From Mobula birostris (lineage: Eukaryota), in assembly GCF_030028105.1 (NCBI RefSeq), contig NC_092394.1, forward strand, positions 16,283,939 through 16,347,938: 64,000 nt of DNA, given 5' to 3'. The notes under the pieces were generated by a model. The model saw only the letters and a program-made list of their open reading frames with translations. It had not been told where the DNA came from and searched no databases. How positions within the stretch are numbered: the stretch's first letter is position 1; the number at the start of each line of letters is the position of its first letter. A program made the position numbers and the translations under genes. Of the stretch, positions 34,201-42,904 are shown piece after piece.

Positions 34201-37200
34201 CTGAGCAATTTTGGGCCCCTTATCTAAGAAAAGATGTGCTGTAATTGGGGAGCGTCCAAACGAGGCTTCAGAGAATGATTCCAGGAATGACAGGGTTAAT
34301 GGATTGGGAGCGTTTGATGGCTCAGGGCCCGCACTCGCTGGAGTTTGGAAGAATGAGGGGGATCTTACTGAAACCTATTGAAGTTGAAAGGTCTGGGTAG
34401 ATTGGATGTGGAGAGCATGTTTCCTCCGGTGGGGTACTCTAGGACAACAGGGTACAGATTCAAAACAGAGGGATGTCCATTTAGAACAGAGATGAGGAGG
34501 AATTTCTTTAGCTGTGGGGTGGTGAATCTGTGGAATTCATTGCCACAGATGGCTGTGGAAGCCAAGTTATTGAGTATATTTAAAGCAGAGGTTGATTAGT
34601 CAGGGTGTCAAAGGTTACAGAGAAAAGGCAGGAAAATGGCGTTGAGAGTGATAATAAGTCAGCCACGATGGACCAGATGGCCTAGGTCTGCTCTCACGTC
34701 TTATGGTCTGTAATCTGGAGGTAGGACAGTTGGCCCAAACACTCCATGCCAACACCATTTCTCCACTCAAGCCTTGTCCCATCGTTCCACATCCAATTCT
34801 ATCATCATATCCCTCAAATCCCTTCTTTCTTATTTAGTTGTCCAGCTTCCTCTTAAATGTATCTGTGACATTCACTACAAGCACTCCTTATGGGAGCAAG
34901 TTCCAGTCCCTGGATAAGGATTATTTCTTCTGAGTTCCCTGATGGACTGTTTGGCAACCATCTTACATTGACGGTTCTGCTCTTCTCCACTAATGGAAAT
35001 ATTCTCCCTGACCATCCTATAAAAAAGCTTCACTGAAACTTACAGGACTTGACAGGTTGGAAGCAGGCAGGATGACAGTCCTGGCTGAGGAGTTGAGAAG
35101 CACGAGTCAGAATAAGGGGTCAGTTGTGTAGGACTAAAACGAGGAGGAATTGCTCAGAAGGTTGCAGCTCTTTGGTATTCCCCGCCCTGGAGGGGTGCAA
35201 AGATTTGATCTTTTGAGCTTATCCAAGGAGGCTGATAGACCTCTGAATATTTGGGGAATCAATTAAGACAGAAACAGGACAAGAAACTAGCAAGAGAGGT
35301 AGAATAACAACAGTGATCTTAATGAATGATGGAGCAGACTCAAATTCCTGCTCCTTACGTTCATGATTTAAAGACGTCCAGCAGGTCACCCCTCAGATTT
35401 CTCCAGTGAAAAACCTTAATGGATCCTAAGAGTTAAAGGTTGGCCTGGACGTCCAGGAAAACCCTCTGTCGCTCTCTGAACAGGACCATGGGACACCTGG
35501 GATTTCAATGGCTTTACTTCCTACCAAAAACACAGTATCAATGACAGTGCAAAAGACAAAACTCGAGTACAACATTTACCATCAAACCCGCAGGCTAAGA
35601 GGGTGCTGTTGCTGGGTGGCAGACTGACCTTTACCCTATGGAAGCCAGGTAGCATCGCTCAGACCCTCTTACCTACTTCTTGAAGGGGACCCCACTCTGG
35701 ACCATCAGAAGACTATCTCCAACACCATCACTGATCTCATCAACTCTGGCACCATCCACTGCCTCCAAACTCAATGTTCCCTTACCCTGCACTGCTTGCT
35801 TCTACCTCCTACTCAAGATCCACAAACCTGACTGATGGGGTAGGCCCATTGTCTCTGCCTGCTCCTGCCCCACTGAAATCGTGTCCATTCTATCCTCCTT
35901 GGTTCAGTCCCGTCCCAATTCTATCCATGACGCTCTCCTGCTCTTGATCTCATTATCTTTCACTTCTCTGGCCCTGACCGCCTCTTTTTCACCATGGATG
36001 TCCAGTCCCTATATACTTCTATCCTCCATCAAGGATTTAATGCTCTCTGCTTTATTTCCTCATTAAAAGAAACAACCAGTCCCCTCCACCACCACCCTCT
36101 TCCGTCTGGCAGAACTGGAACAATTTCTCTTTCCACCTTCTCCAGACTCGAAGGGTGGTCATGGACACCCACGTGAGCCCCAGCTAAACCTGCCTTTCTG
36201 ATGGCTACATGGAACAGTCGATGTCAGGCTCCACAACACTTCCTCCCTTACATTGCTTACTGCATTGGTGCTGCTTCTTGCACCCATGCTGAGCTCATCA
36301 ATTTCATCAACTCCTTCCACCCTGCCTAAAGTTTACTTGGTCCATTTCTGACACCTCCCCCTCCTTTCTTGATCTCTGTCTCCATCTCTGGGGGACAAAC
36401 TATCGACCAACATCTTTCATAAAAATTACCGATTCTCACAGCTATACCTCTTCCCACATTGTCTCCTGTTAAAATGGTACTCCGTTTCTCTCAGTTCCTC
36501 CTTCTCCGCCGCATCTGTTCCCAGAATGAGACTTTCCTTTCTAGGATGACAGAACGGGGTTTTCCTTCCTCCACCATTGATGCTGCCCTCACCCGCATCT
36601 CCTCCATTTCCTGGACATCCACACTCACCCCATGTTCTTGTCGTCTTAACAGCAATAGAGTTACTTTTGTCCTTATTTACCACCCCATGAGCCTCTCCAT
36701 CCAACACATCACTCTCCATAACTTCTGCATCTCCATAGAAACATAGAAAATAGGTGCAGGAGTAGGCCATTCGGCCCTTCGAGCCTACACCGTCATTCAG
36801 TATGATCATGGCTGATCACCCAACTCAGAACCCTGTACCTGACTTCTCTCCATACCCCCTGATCCCTTTAGCCACAAGGGCCATATCTAACTCCCTCTTA
36901 AACATAGCCAATGAACTGGCCTCAACTGTTTCCTGTGGCAGAGAATTCCACAGATTCACCACTCTCTGTGTGAAGAAGTTCTTCCTCATCTCGGTCCTAA
37001 AAGGCTTCCCCTTTATCCTCAAACTGTGACCCCTTGTTCTGGACTTCCCCAACATCGGGAACAATCTTCCTGCATCTAGCCTGTCCAATCCCTTTAGAAT
37101 TTTATACGTTTCAATAAGATCCCCCCAATCTTCTAAATTCCAGAGAGTATAAGCCTAGTCAATCCAGCCTTTCATCATATGAAAGTCCTGCCATCCCAGG

Positions 37201-40104
37201 AATCAAATTGGTGAACCTTCTTTGTACTCCCTCTATGGCAAGAATGTCTTTCCTCAGATTAGGGGACCAAAACTGCACACAATACTCCAGGTGTGGTCTC
37301 ACCAAGGCCCTGTACAACTGCAGTCGTACCTCCCTGCTCCTGTACTCGAATCCTCTTGCTATGAATGCCAGCATACCATTCGCCTTTTTCACCGCCTGCT
37401 GTACCTGCATGCCCACTTTCAATGACTGGTGTACAAAGACACCCAGGTCTCATTGCACCTCCCCTATTCCTAATCGGCCACCATTCAGATAATAATCTGT
37501 TTTCCTGTTTTTGCCACCAAAGTGGATAACTTCACATTTATCCACATTAAATTGCATCTGCCATGAATTTGCCCACTCACCTAGCCTATCCAAGTCACCC
37601 TGCATCCTCTTAGCATCCTCCTCACAGCTAACACTGCCGCCCAGCTTCGTGTCATCTGCAAACTTGGAGATGTTGCATTTAATTCCCTCATCTAAGTCAT
37701 TAATATATATTGTAAACAACTGGGGTCCCAGTACTGAGCCTTGCAGTACTCCACTACTCACTGCCTGCCATTCTGAAAAGGTCCCATTTATTCTCACTCT
37801 TTGCTTCCTGTCTGCCAACCAATTCTCTATCCACATCAAGACCATACCCCCAATACCGTGTGCTTTAAGTTTGCACACTAATCTCCTGTGTGGGACCTTG
37901 TCAAAAGCCTTTTGAAAATCTAAATATACCACATCCACTGGTTCTCCCCTATCCACTCTACTAGTTACGTCCTCAAAAAATTCTGTGAGATTCATCGGAC
38001 ATGATTTTCCTTTCGCAAATCCATGCTGACTTTGTCCGATGATCGTACTACCAAACACATCTTTATCTCAACCCCCCCCCCCCACTCTCCACTCCCTTCA
38101 TGGTTCCCTCGTCCATTCGTCCCTCCCCACTAACCTCCCTCTAAGTAGTCACTCCTGCAGGTGGCCAAAGTACTCCACCTGTCCATTCACCTCCATTCAG
38201 AGCCCTAAACATTTGCTGAATGGTGAGGCAACACTTCACCTGCTAATCTGCTGAGGTCGCCTATTTTATCTGATGCCCCCAATGCAGCCTCCCCTACACT
38301 GGAGAGGCCTGCTGTAAACTGGGGGACCGCTTTGCCGAGCACCTCGGCTCCATCCGCCAAAAGCGGAACTTCTCAGTGGACAAACATTTTATTCCCAATT
38401 CCCATTCCTGTTCGGACATGTTGCTCCGAGGCCTCCTCTTGTGCAAAAGATGAGTCCATCCTCAGGATGGAGGAGCACCATCTGTCCAGGTAGCCTCCAA
38501 CCTGATGGCATGAACATTGGTCTCTCCCTCCGATATAAAAAAAATCCCTCCCCCTTTCTCCTCTTCTACTCCCCACTCTGGCCTCCTACCTCCTCTCACC
38601 TGCCTATCACCTCCTCCTGGTGCTTTTCCTCCTTCTCCTCCTCCTATGGTCCACTCCCCTCTCCTATCAGATTCCTTCCTCTCCAGCCCTTTATCTTTAC
38701 TACCCACCTTGCTTCACCTGTCACCTTCCAACTATCATCATCATCCTCCTCCTCCTCCTCCTCCTCCTCCTCCTCCTCTCCCCCCCCCCACCAAGCTTTT
38801 TATTCTGGCATCTTCCCCCTTCTTTTCCAGTCCTGAAGAAGGGTCACAGCCCGAAACATTGACTGTCCATTCATTTCCATGAATGCTGCCTATCCTGCTG
38901 AGTTCCTCCAGCATTTTCTGTGTATTGCTCTGATTATAAAAATCAAACAGCATAAAAAAACAGGCCCCTCAGGCCAGCCCATCCAAGCTGATCAAGACAT
39001 CTACCTGACCTAGCAACATTTACCTGCATTTCTCCCATATCCCCCTTAAACCTTCTCCATCCATGTACCTGTCCAAATGTTTTTTAAACATTGTAATTCC
39101 ACCTGCCTCTAGTTTTTTTTTCTGGCAGCTTTTTACCATACATCTACCACCCTCTGTGTGATAGAATTGTCTTTCAGTCACCTTTTAAACCTTCTGCCTC
39201 TCACATTAAATCTATGTCCTATAGTTTTAGACTTCCCCCACCCTGAGAAACAGATTGTGACCATCAGGCTTATCTACCCCCCTCAGGATTTTACTCTGTA
39301 ACAGGAGTTCCCAACCTTTTTTATGCCATGGACCCCTATCATTAACAGACAGATCCGTGGACTCCAGGTTGGGAACCCCTGCCCTTCAGCCTTCTATGCG
39401 TCAGAAAAAAGATGTCCCACTCTACCCAGCCTTTCCTTGTAACTCAAGCCCTCCGGTCCCAGTTACGTCCACATGAATCTAATCTGCACCTTTTCCAGTT
39501 GAATAACATTGTCCGTACAGCTGAGCTACCAGAACTGAACATGGCAGAAAATGTGATCTCTCCAATTGATAGCCCGAAAAGCATGTCCGACGCATTCTTC
39601 CCCATCTTCTCTACCTGTACAGCCTATTTCAGGGAACTATACACATGCACCCATACCCGTTGACCTCTTCCAGAACATTCTCCATGACTTTTCGTCCTGG
39701 TTGATCGTATCAAACTCAAAACTACTGTGTGCTAAACTACATGCCAAGGAAATCAAAAAACACGTCCAACAGTCATTAACAAATCTGGTCTTTTTTCCTC
39801 AAAAAAAAATTGCAAAGAAAAGCATGGATGATATCTAATCTGTCCGCTGGGGCCCCGAGGAACCAGTTCCTGCCTGGTTTATGGAGTACGCCCCTTGGGA
39901 GACTGTCGCTTGCGGCCTGAGTTTGCAATTATACCGCCCGAACTCGCCTTTTTGTTTCTAGCGCTCGCGTTTGACCTGAGGGGCGCCGGAGATCGAACGC
40001 GGACGCTCAGGTAAAATAAATGCCTCGTCCGGTGAGTTCCGCTTAGCCTAAAAACGAGTGGTGGGCTTACCAGCAACCAGAACGTAAAGGCTCAGGTAAG
40101 ACAT
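11325..40104 (-). CDS. TAPBPL: Tapasin-family type I membrane glycoprotein (tapasin-related / TAPBP-like), 8 coding exons, 431 aa
   Basis: join(complement 40071-40104, 31850-32029, 30701-30991, 27959-28297, 20782-21108, 19741-19833, 14605-14621, 11325-11339) = 1296 nt, all GT-AG, phases 1,1,1,1,1,1,0, open to TGA. Signal peptide, N-domain with LDC and CEISR...W motifs, IgV, IgC1, TM, KKPY terminus. Family assignment is firm; exact orthology (tapasin, TAPBPR or a third lineage) is not, so the symbol is provisional. Confidence 0.9.
11440..11850 (+). mobile_element. CR1 LINE 3' fragment
   Basis: ORF 11513..11905 ([18 protein letters not shown]...TRGHGLRV). Confidence 0.85.
12110..13340 (+). mobile_element. 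Rex1/Babar-type LINE, 5'-truncated
   Basis: ORF 12238..12705: [44 protein letters not shown]; 3' UTR with (TTAC)n and a (GATTCT)n tail at 13325-13340. Confidence 0.88.
13380..14180 (-). mobile_element. CR1 3' fragments and a V-SINE fragment
   Basis: CR1-type 3' UTRs (CAGGCCCTTCGG, TTAGGCCACTCCGCCC) and a SINE-like segment at 13560-13690. Confidence 0.65.
14605..14621 (-). CDS. TAPBPL: Tapasin-family gene exon 7 (17-nt micro-exon, (V)MVKSK)
   Basis: Acceptor CTCTCTACCCTTTGTTTTGCAG, exon TTATGGTTAAAAGCAAG, donor GTAAGA; converts phase 1 to phase 0, joining the TM exon to KKPY. Confidence 0.75.
15213..15248 (+). ncRNA. Hammerhead motif in an old Penelope-like pseudo-LTR
   Basis: GTC-CTGATGA-A-AGG(TCTTGA)CCT-GAAA-CATC-GAC, followed by the pseudo-LTR tail CCTGCTGAGTTTCTCCAGCATTTGATGTGTG. 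Confidence 0.6.
15400..15700 (-). mobile_element. V-SINE (HE1-like)
   Basis: Plus strand GAAGCACCCAGAGGAAACCCACGTGG...GGGGAGAACGTACATACTTACAGACAGCGG is the reverse complement of the V-SINE head and core. Confidence 0.8.
16233..16313. mobile_element. About 80-bp hAT (Charlie-like) MITE
   Basis: TIRs CAGGGGTTCCCAACCT / AGGTTGGGAACCCCTA; 8-bp flanks CCACAGAC / CCATAGAG (6/8); second copy in opposite orientation at 39302-39381. Confidence 0.75.
16320..16990 (-). mobile_element. CR1 LINE 3' fragments
   Basis: ORF 16614..16841 ([29 protein letters not shown]) and a (TTCTATG)-type tail. Confidence 0.85.
16996..17270 (+). mobile_element. V-SINE (HE1-like)
   Basis: GCATGGCAGTTAGCGTAG A-box-like, GGGTTCCATTCCC B-box-like, GTCAGGAGTTTGC...GTGGGTTTCCCCCAGG core. 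Confidence 0.75.
18200..18910 (+). mobile_element. Rex1/Babar-type LINE 3' fragment
   Basis: CTCAAAAACAGTTACTTTCCCCAAGCAGTAAGGCTGATC (ORF2 C-terminus) and a (CTTGAAT)-type tail at 18885-18910. Confidence 0.55.
19741..19833 (-). CDS. TAPBPL: Tapasin-family gene exon 6 (transmembrane)
   Basis: Acceptor TTCTCTTGTCTCTTCAG, donor G|GTGAGT, 93 nt phase 1-1, encoding [31 protein letters not shown]. Confidence 0.9.
20374..20724 (+). mobile_element. RTE-related short non-autonomous element (Bov-A/Sauria-like motifs)
   Basis: AAGGCAATGGCAAACCACTTCTGTGG (BovB/RTE 5' UTR motif) followed within about 60 bp by an RTE-like 3' end GACCATGATCGCCCACGTCATACGACACGGCGCATAA. Confidence 0.6.
20782..21108 (-). CDS. 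TAPBPL: Tapasin-family gene exon 5 (IgC1 domain)
   Basis: EPPLVSL...[17 protein letters not shown]...[10 protein letters not shown]...YVCLVDH; acceptor TTCCCTTTGCAG, donor G|GTAAGC; 327 nt. Confidence 0.95.
21170..21530. mobile_element. Old Penelope-like pseudo-LTR pair in inverted orientation, with hammerhead remnant
   Basis: 21180-21235 and 21430-21490 are reverse-complementary; minus-strand AGTT-CTGATGA-AAAGTCATTGACCT-GAAA-CATT-AATT at 21236-21272. Confidence 0.6.
21890..23245 (+). mobile_element. CR1 LINE, RT domain to 3' UTR, degenerate
   Basis: ORFs 21920..22123 ([11 protein letters not shown]), 22137..22496 ([11 protein letters not shown]), 22506..22901 ([14 protein letters not shown]); (ATGACT/ATGACTT) tail near 23225-23240; small AT-rich insertion at about 22835-22897. 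Confidence 0.92.
23276..23540 (-). mobile_element. Penelope-like RT fragment
   Basis: ORF 23276..23482 [19 protein letters not shown] matches the Penelope-like RT motif also seen at 35994 ([14 protein letters not shown]). Confidence 0.7.
24125..27356 (-). mobile_element. hAT DNA transposon (SPIN/GTF2IRD2-like remnant) with long internal inverted repeat, interrupted by an L1
   Basis: TIRs TAGTGGTCGCCAA (24125) / TTGGCGACCACTA (ending 27356); 8-bp TSD ATGTACTC / ATGTATTC; transposase remnant FFSNPF...[14 protein letters not shown] (24799..24981). Confidence 0.85.
25830..27341 (+). mobile_element. L1-clade LINE, 5'-truncated
   Basis: ORFs 26031..26546 and 26589..26984 with the ORF2 C-terminal zinc knuckle CWRNCG...HIFWECP; AATAAA and poly(A) at 27316-27341. 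Confidence 0.88.
27357..27515 (+). mobile_element. Penelope-like pseudo-LTR (3' part, split from 24040-24124 by the hAT)
   Basis: Degenerate hammerhead CTGATGAAGAGCTTCGGCCTGAAACATC at 27423-27450 and tail AGTTCCTCCAGCATTTTGTGTG. Confidence 0.7.
27959..28297 (-). CDS. TAPBPL: Tapasin-family gene exon 4 (IgV domain)
   Basis: LVLDCGFKV...IDWRYQYRG...[22 protein letters not shown]; acceptor TTTTATCTGTTAG, donor G|GTAAGC; 339 nt. Confidence 0.95.
28360..28890 (+). mobile_element. CR1 LINE 3' fragment
   Basis: GAGCAGTTTTGGGCCCCTTATCTAAGG...GAGATGAGGAGGAATTTCTTTAGCCAGAGGGTGGTGAATC...ATGGTCT tail. Confidence 0.85.
29120..29400 (+). mobile_element. Penelope-like pseudo-LTR with degenerate hammerhead
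   Basis: CAGTC-CTGAAGA-AGGGACTTGGCCC-GAAA-TGAC-AACTG at 29297-29334. Confidence 0.75.
29850..30312 (+). mobile_element. Penelope-like 3' fragment (GIY-YIG C-terminus and pseudo-LTR)
   Basis: Encodes [29 protein letters not shown], nearly identical to the end of ORF 57560..57886; hammerhead core mutated (CAGAAGA); ends in (TG)n. Confidence 0.85.
30380..30695 (-). mobile_element. V-SINE (HE1-like)
   Basis: GGAAACCAGAGCACCTGGAGGAAACCCAAGCGGTCACGGGGAGAACATACAAACTCCTTAC; starts a few bases from the exon 3 donor. Confidence 0.85.
30701..30991 (-). CDS. TAPBPL: Tapasin-family gene exon 3 (N-terminal domain, part 2)
   Basis: [26 protein letters not shown]...WP...KWLTVTVK; acceptor CCTTTCACTTACAG, donor G|GTAACG; 291 nt. 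Confidence 0.93.
31518..31672. mobile_element. Short palindromic pseudo-LTR derivative of a second Penelope-like family
   Basis: Reverse-complementary arms (CTCTTCTTGGGCTTCCAGCCGGGT... / ...ACCCGGCTGGAAGCTGAGAAGAG); hammerhead remnant ATGA-A-GATGGCAG(AGT)CTGTCATC-GAAA-CGTC at 31587-31625. Confidence 0.7.
31850..32029 (-). CDS. TAPBPL: Tapasin-family gene exon 2 (end of signal peptide, N-terminal domain part 1)
   Basis: [46 protein letters not shown]...IRFKVK; acceptor TTCTTTCCTCAG, donor G|GTAACG; 180 nt. Confidence 0.9.
32560..32850 (+). mobile_element. V-SINE (HE1-like), near full length
   Basis: A box GTAGTGGTTAGC, B box GGTTTAATTTCC, V core TTTCCTCCGGGTGCTCCGGTTTCCTCCCACAGTCCAAAGAC. Confidence 0.88.
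33416..33659. mobile_element. Asymmetric palindromic Penelope-like pseudo-LTR insertion with 14-bp TSD
   Basis: Direct repeat AGCATGGATAGAAA at 33402-33415 and 33660-33673; arms inverted about 33511-33524. Confidence 0.9.
33474..33510 (-). ncRNA. Minimal type I hammerhead motif, sense to the tapasin-family pre-mRNA (intron 1)
   Basis: AGTT-CTGACGA-A-GGG(TCTTGG)CCT-GAAA-CATC-GACTG; core intact, stem III CG changed to CA. Confidence 0.7.
36737..38045 (-). mobile_element. CR1 LINE, 5'-truncated, nested in the Penelope-like element
   Basis: ORFs 37450..38058 ([27 protein letters not shown]), 37159..37422, 36825..37088; ATAGAAACATAGAAA tail at 36741. Confidence 0.95.
38828..38865 (+). ncRNA. Minimal type I hammerhead motif
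   Basis: CAGTC-CTGAAGA-A-GGG(TCACAG)CCC-GAAA-CATT-GACTG: perfect 5-bp stem I, intact core, perfect stem II. Confidence 0.72.
38940..39650 (-). mobile_element. CR1 3' fragment containing an 80-bp hAT MITE (39302-39381)
   Basis: CR1 3' UTR and ORF2 C-terminus remnants; MITE TIRs CAGGAGTTCCCAACCT / AGGTTGGGAACCCCTG. Confidence 0.75.
40071..40104 (-). CDS. TAPBPL: Tapasin-family gene exon 1 (signal peptide [12 protein letters not shown])
   Basis: ATG at 40104, hydrophobic 11 codons plus G, donor G|GTAAGC; phase 1 fits exon 2; lies in a local CpG-rich patch next to an ISRE. Confidence 0.8.
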
Positions 40105-40136
40105 CACGAACTCCTATCGTGTAAACTGCTGTTCAT

Positions 40137-40152
40137 TTTCACTTTCGTTTCC
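40137..40152 (-). promoter_or_regulatory. ISRE / IRF-binding element
   Basis: GGAAACGAAAGTGAAA (two overlapping GAAANNGAAA units), 33 bp upstream of the predicted ATG. Confidence 0.75.
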
Positions 40153-40939
40153 CGGATTCAACGCGGAAGGCTTTCCGATTATAATAATAATCTTATTTAC
40201 AGAACACTTTTCATACAGACGTTGTAGTTCAAGGTGCTTTATGCAAGTACGGAAAGTCAAAAAGATGCTAATTAGAAGTAATGTAAAATAAATAGGGTTT
40301 GAATTGGCGTTTTAAAGTGTCGGGTGAGTCTGTATTCCTTATAGTTTTAGGTAATGGACTGCACAGTTTAGGAAGGTGACAAATCAACAAAGCTGACTTA
40401 CCAATTAACTTTTAAGGAAGAATGTTTAAATTTAGGAGACCGGCGGTAGGGGACCTGAAAGCTCGAGTAGGATTATAAAACGAAAGTGATTCTGTGATGT
40501 ACTCTGGTCCCTGAGCATTGAGAGCTCTTTTCAGAGGATGTGTGACGGCTGCTGGGTGGGGAGCTTGCTGATACCGACAATGACAATGCAAGGGGCGGTG
40601 GAGGGAAGATGGGTTGGTCAGGGAGATGGAGAGAGGGGAGCCCGGATGGGAAAGTCAAGAGCAGTTGTGGCCAACATTTGTCGTAGGGACTGTGAGACGA
40701 TGGGCTCCAGGAAGGCAAAAGAACATAGGAGGACATGCAAGATGGCGAGGTGGAATCCAGGGGGCCGAGAGATGGGGCAAAGACGGGGTTGGGGAAATGG
40801 GTTGCAGGAAATGGAAGGGGAGGTTTGATGGAGAAGTAGGTTAGAAGGCAAGATATGATCAATACACCACAGAACAATCGAAGGCAATTTAGCCCATGGG
40901 ATATTTAGGCTTTGAAGCTCCAACACAGGAAGGTGGTCA

Positions 40940-41345
40940 AAATTACAGCACACAAGGCTGGGGCTTTTCCTCCTTGGAACGACGTTGGATGAGAGGTGAC
41001 CTGATAAAGGTACAGATGATGATGAGAGCCATTGATCTCATTTTTTTTTCCCAGTAGTGAAATGGCTAACACGAGGGGGCATAGTTTTAAGGTGCTTGGA
41101 ATGTCAGAGGTAAACTTTTCACACAGAGAGTGGTGGGTGCGTGGAATTCACTGCCAGCAAAGGTGGTAGAGGCGGATACAATAGGGTCTTTTAAGAGACT
41201 CTTAGATAGGTACATGGAACTTAGAAAAATAGAGGGCTATGCGGTAGAGAATTCCTAGGCAGCTTCTGGAGTAAGTTATGTGGTTGGCACAACATTGTGG
41301 GTTGAAGGGCCTGTAATGTGCTGTAGATTTTCTATGTTCTAATAT
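40940..41345 (+). mobile_element. CR1 LINE 3' fragment
   Basis: GAGAGGTGACCTGATAAAGG...CACACAGAGAGTGGTGGGTGCGTGGAA...TTCTATGTTCTA tail. Confidence 0.85.
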
Positions 41346-41349
41346 ACTC

Positions 41350-42382
41350 CTGGTGTCATGGATTCTTGATTACCTGACTGGCAGACCACAGTACGTGTGC
41401 TTGCAACACTGTGTGTCCGACCGAGTGATCAGCAGCACTGGGGCTGCACAGGGGACTGTCTTGTCTTCCTTTCTCTTCACCATTTACACCTCGGACTTCA
41501 ATTACTGCACAGAGTCTTGTCATCTTCAGAAGTTTTCTGATGACTCTGCCATAGTTGGATGCTTCAGCAAGGGAGATGAGGCTGAGTACAGGGCTACGGT
41601 AGGAAACTTTGTCACATGGTGTGAGCAGAATTATCTGCAGCTTAATATGAAAAAGACTAAGGAGCTGGTGGTAGACCTGAGGAGAGCTAAGGTACCGGTG
41701 ACCCGTTTCCATCCAGGGGGTCAGTGTGGACATGGTGGAGGATTACAAATACCTGGGGATATGAATTGACAATAAACTGGACTGGTCGAAGAACACTGAG
41801 GCTGTCTACAAGAAGGGTCAGAGCCGTCTGTATTTCCTGAGGAGACAGGTCCTTTAACATCTGCCGGACGATGCTGAGGATGTTCTACGAGTCTGTGGTG
41901 GCCAGTGCTATCATGTTTGCTGTTGTGTGCTGGGGCAGCAGGCTGAGGGTAGCAGACACCAACAGAATCAACAAACTCATTCGTAAGGCTAGTGATGTTG
42001 TGGGGATGGAACTGGACTCTCTAACAGTGGTGTCTGAAAAGAGGATGCTGTCCAAGTTGCATGCCATCTTGGACAATGTCTCCCATCCACTACATAATGT
42101 ACTGGTTGGGCACAGAACTACATTCAGCCAGAGACTCATTCCTCCGAGATGCAACACAGAGCGTCATAGGAAGTCATTCCTGCCTGTGGCCATCAAACTT
42201 TACAACTCCTCCCTTGGAGGGTCAGACACCCTGAGCCAATAGGCTGGTCCTGAACTTATCTCCTGGCATAATTTACATATTACTATTTAACTATTTATGG
42301 TTTTATTACTATTTATTTATGGTGCAACTGTAACAAAAACCAATTTCCCCCGGGATCAATAAAGTATGACTATGACTATATT
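41350..42382 (+). mobile_element. Rex1-type LINE, 5'-truncated
   Basis: ORF 41353..41769 (GAAQGTVLSSFLFTIYTSDF, LQKFSDDSAIVG), ORF 41871..42242, tail GGGATCAATAAAGT(ATGACT)n. Confidence 0.9.
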
Positions 42383-42494
42383 CACATAGATTAAAGACCA
42401 AGGAGAAAGCCAAGAATAGGAATATTGTCAGGTTAGCAGGCTGTGGTGGTCTGACTGTGGGGAACTAAATGTCATTTTCAATGTTATTAAAGCA

Positions 42495-42720
42495 CTAGTG
42501 TTCTCCCTGTGACCGTGTGGGTTTCCTCTGGGATCCCCCCACATCCCAAAGATGAACAGGTTAAGGTTAGTGAGTTGTGGGCATGTTATGTTGGCGCCAG
42601 AAGCCTGGCAATACTTGAGGGCTGCCCAGCACAGTCCTCACTAATTTAATGTTTAAAACACATTTCACTGTATGTTTAGATGCACACGTGACCAATAAAA
42701 CTAATCTTTAATCTTTAGCT
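42495..42720 (+). mobile_element. V-SINE, 5'-truncated
   Basis: GTTCTCCCTGTGACCGTGTGGGTTTCCTCTGGG...CCAATAAAACTAATCTTTAATCTT. Confidence 0.7.
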
Positions 42721-42904
42721 CTTTATCCAAGCTCGCCCATGATGAAAAAACTAGGTGGGATTGTGAGCAGGGAGGATGAAAAAGTGAGATAGATCAAGTT
42801 GAATGAGAGGGCAAGAACACAGCAGATGCAACATAATGTGAACTTGTGTGAACTTGTCCACTTCGAACACAAAACAGAAAAATCATACTACATTTGAAAA
42901 GTGA

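Larger units (their letters stand above)
33105..34710 (+). mobile_element. CR1 LINE (RT to 3' UTR), interrupted by a palindromic insertion
   Basis: ORFs 33130..33627 (SQHGF...[10 protein letters not shown]...DVVY), 33624..33854, 34378..34599. Confidence 0.9.
35680..38930 (+). mobile_element. Degenerate Penelope-like element (RT, GIY-YIG, pseudo-LTR) split by a CR1
   Basis: RT remnants (MDVQSLYTS; 36459..36746 matches 57883..58701), resumes at about 38046 with GIY-YIG remnants, then the pseudo-LTR. Confidence 0.85.

Noticed and set aside
39879-40076. 65-aa ORF next to the tapasin-family promoter
   Set aside because: Starts at a non-ATG codon spanning the exon 1 donor and runs into intron 1; no signal-peptide character.
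40148-40178. GAS-like TTCCCGGAT and NF-kB-like GGAAGGCTTTCC beside the ISRE
   Set aside because: Each deviates from consensus at a key position (TTCNNNGAA; GGGRNNYYCC); too weak to call without data.
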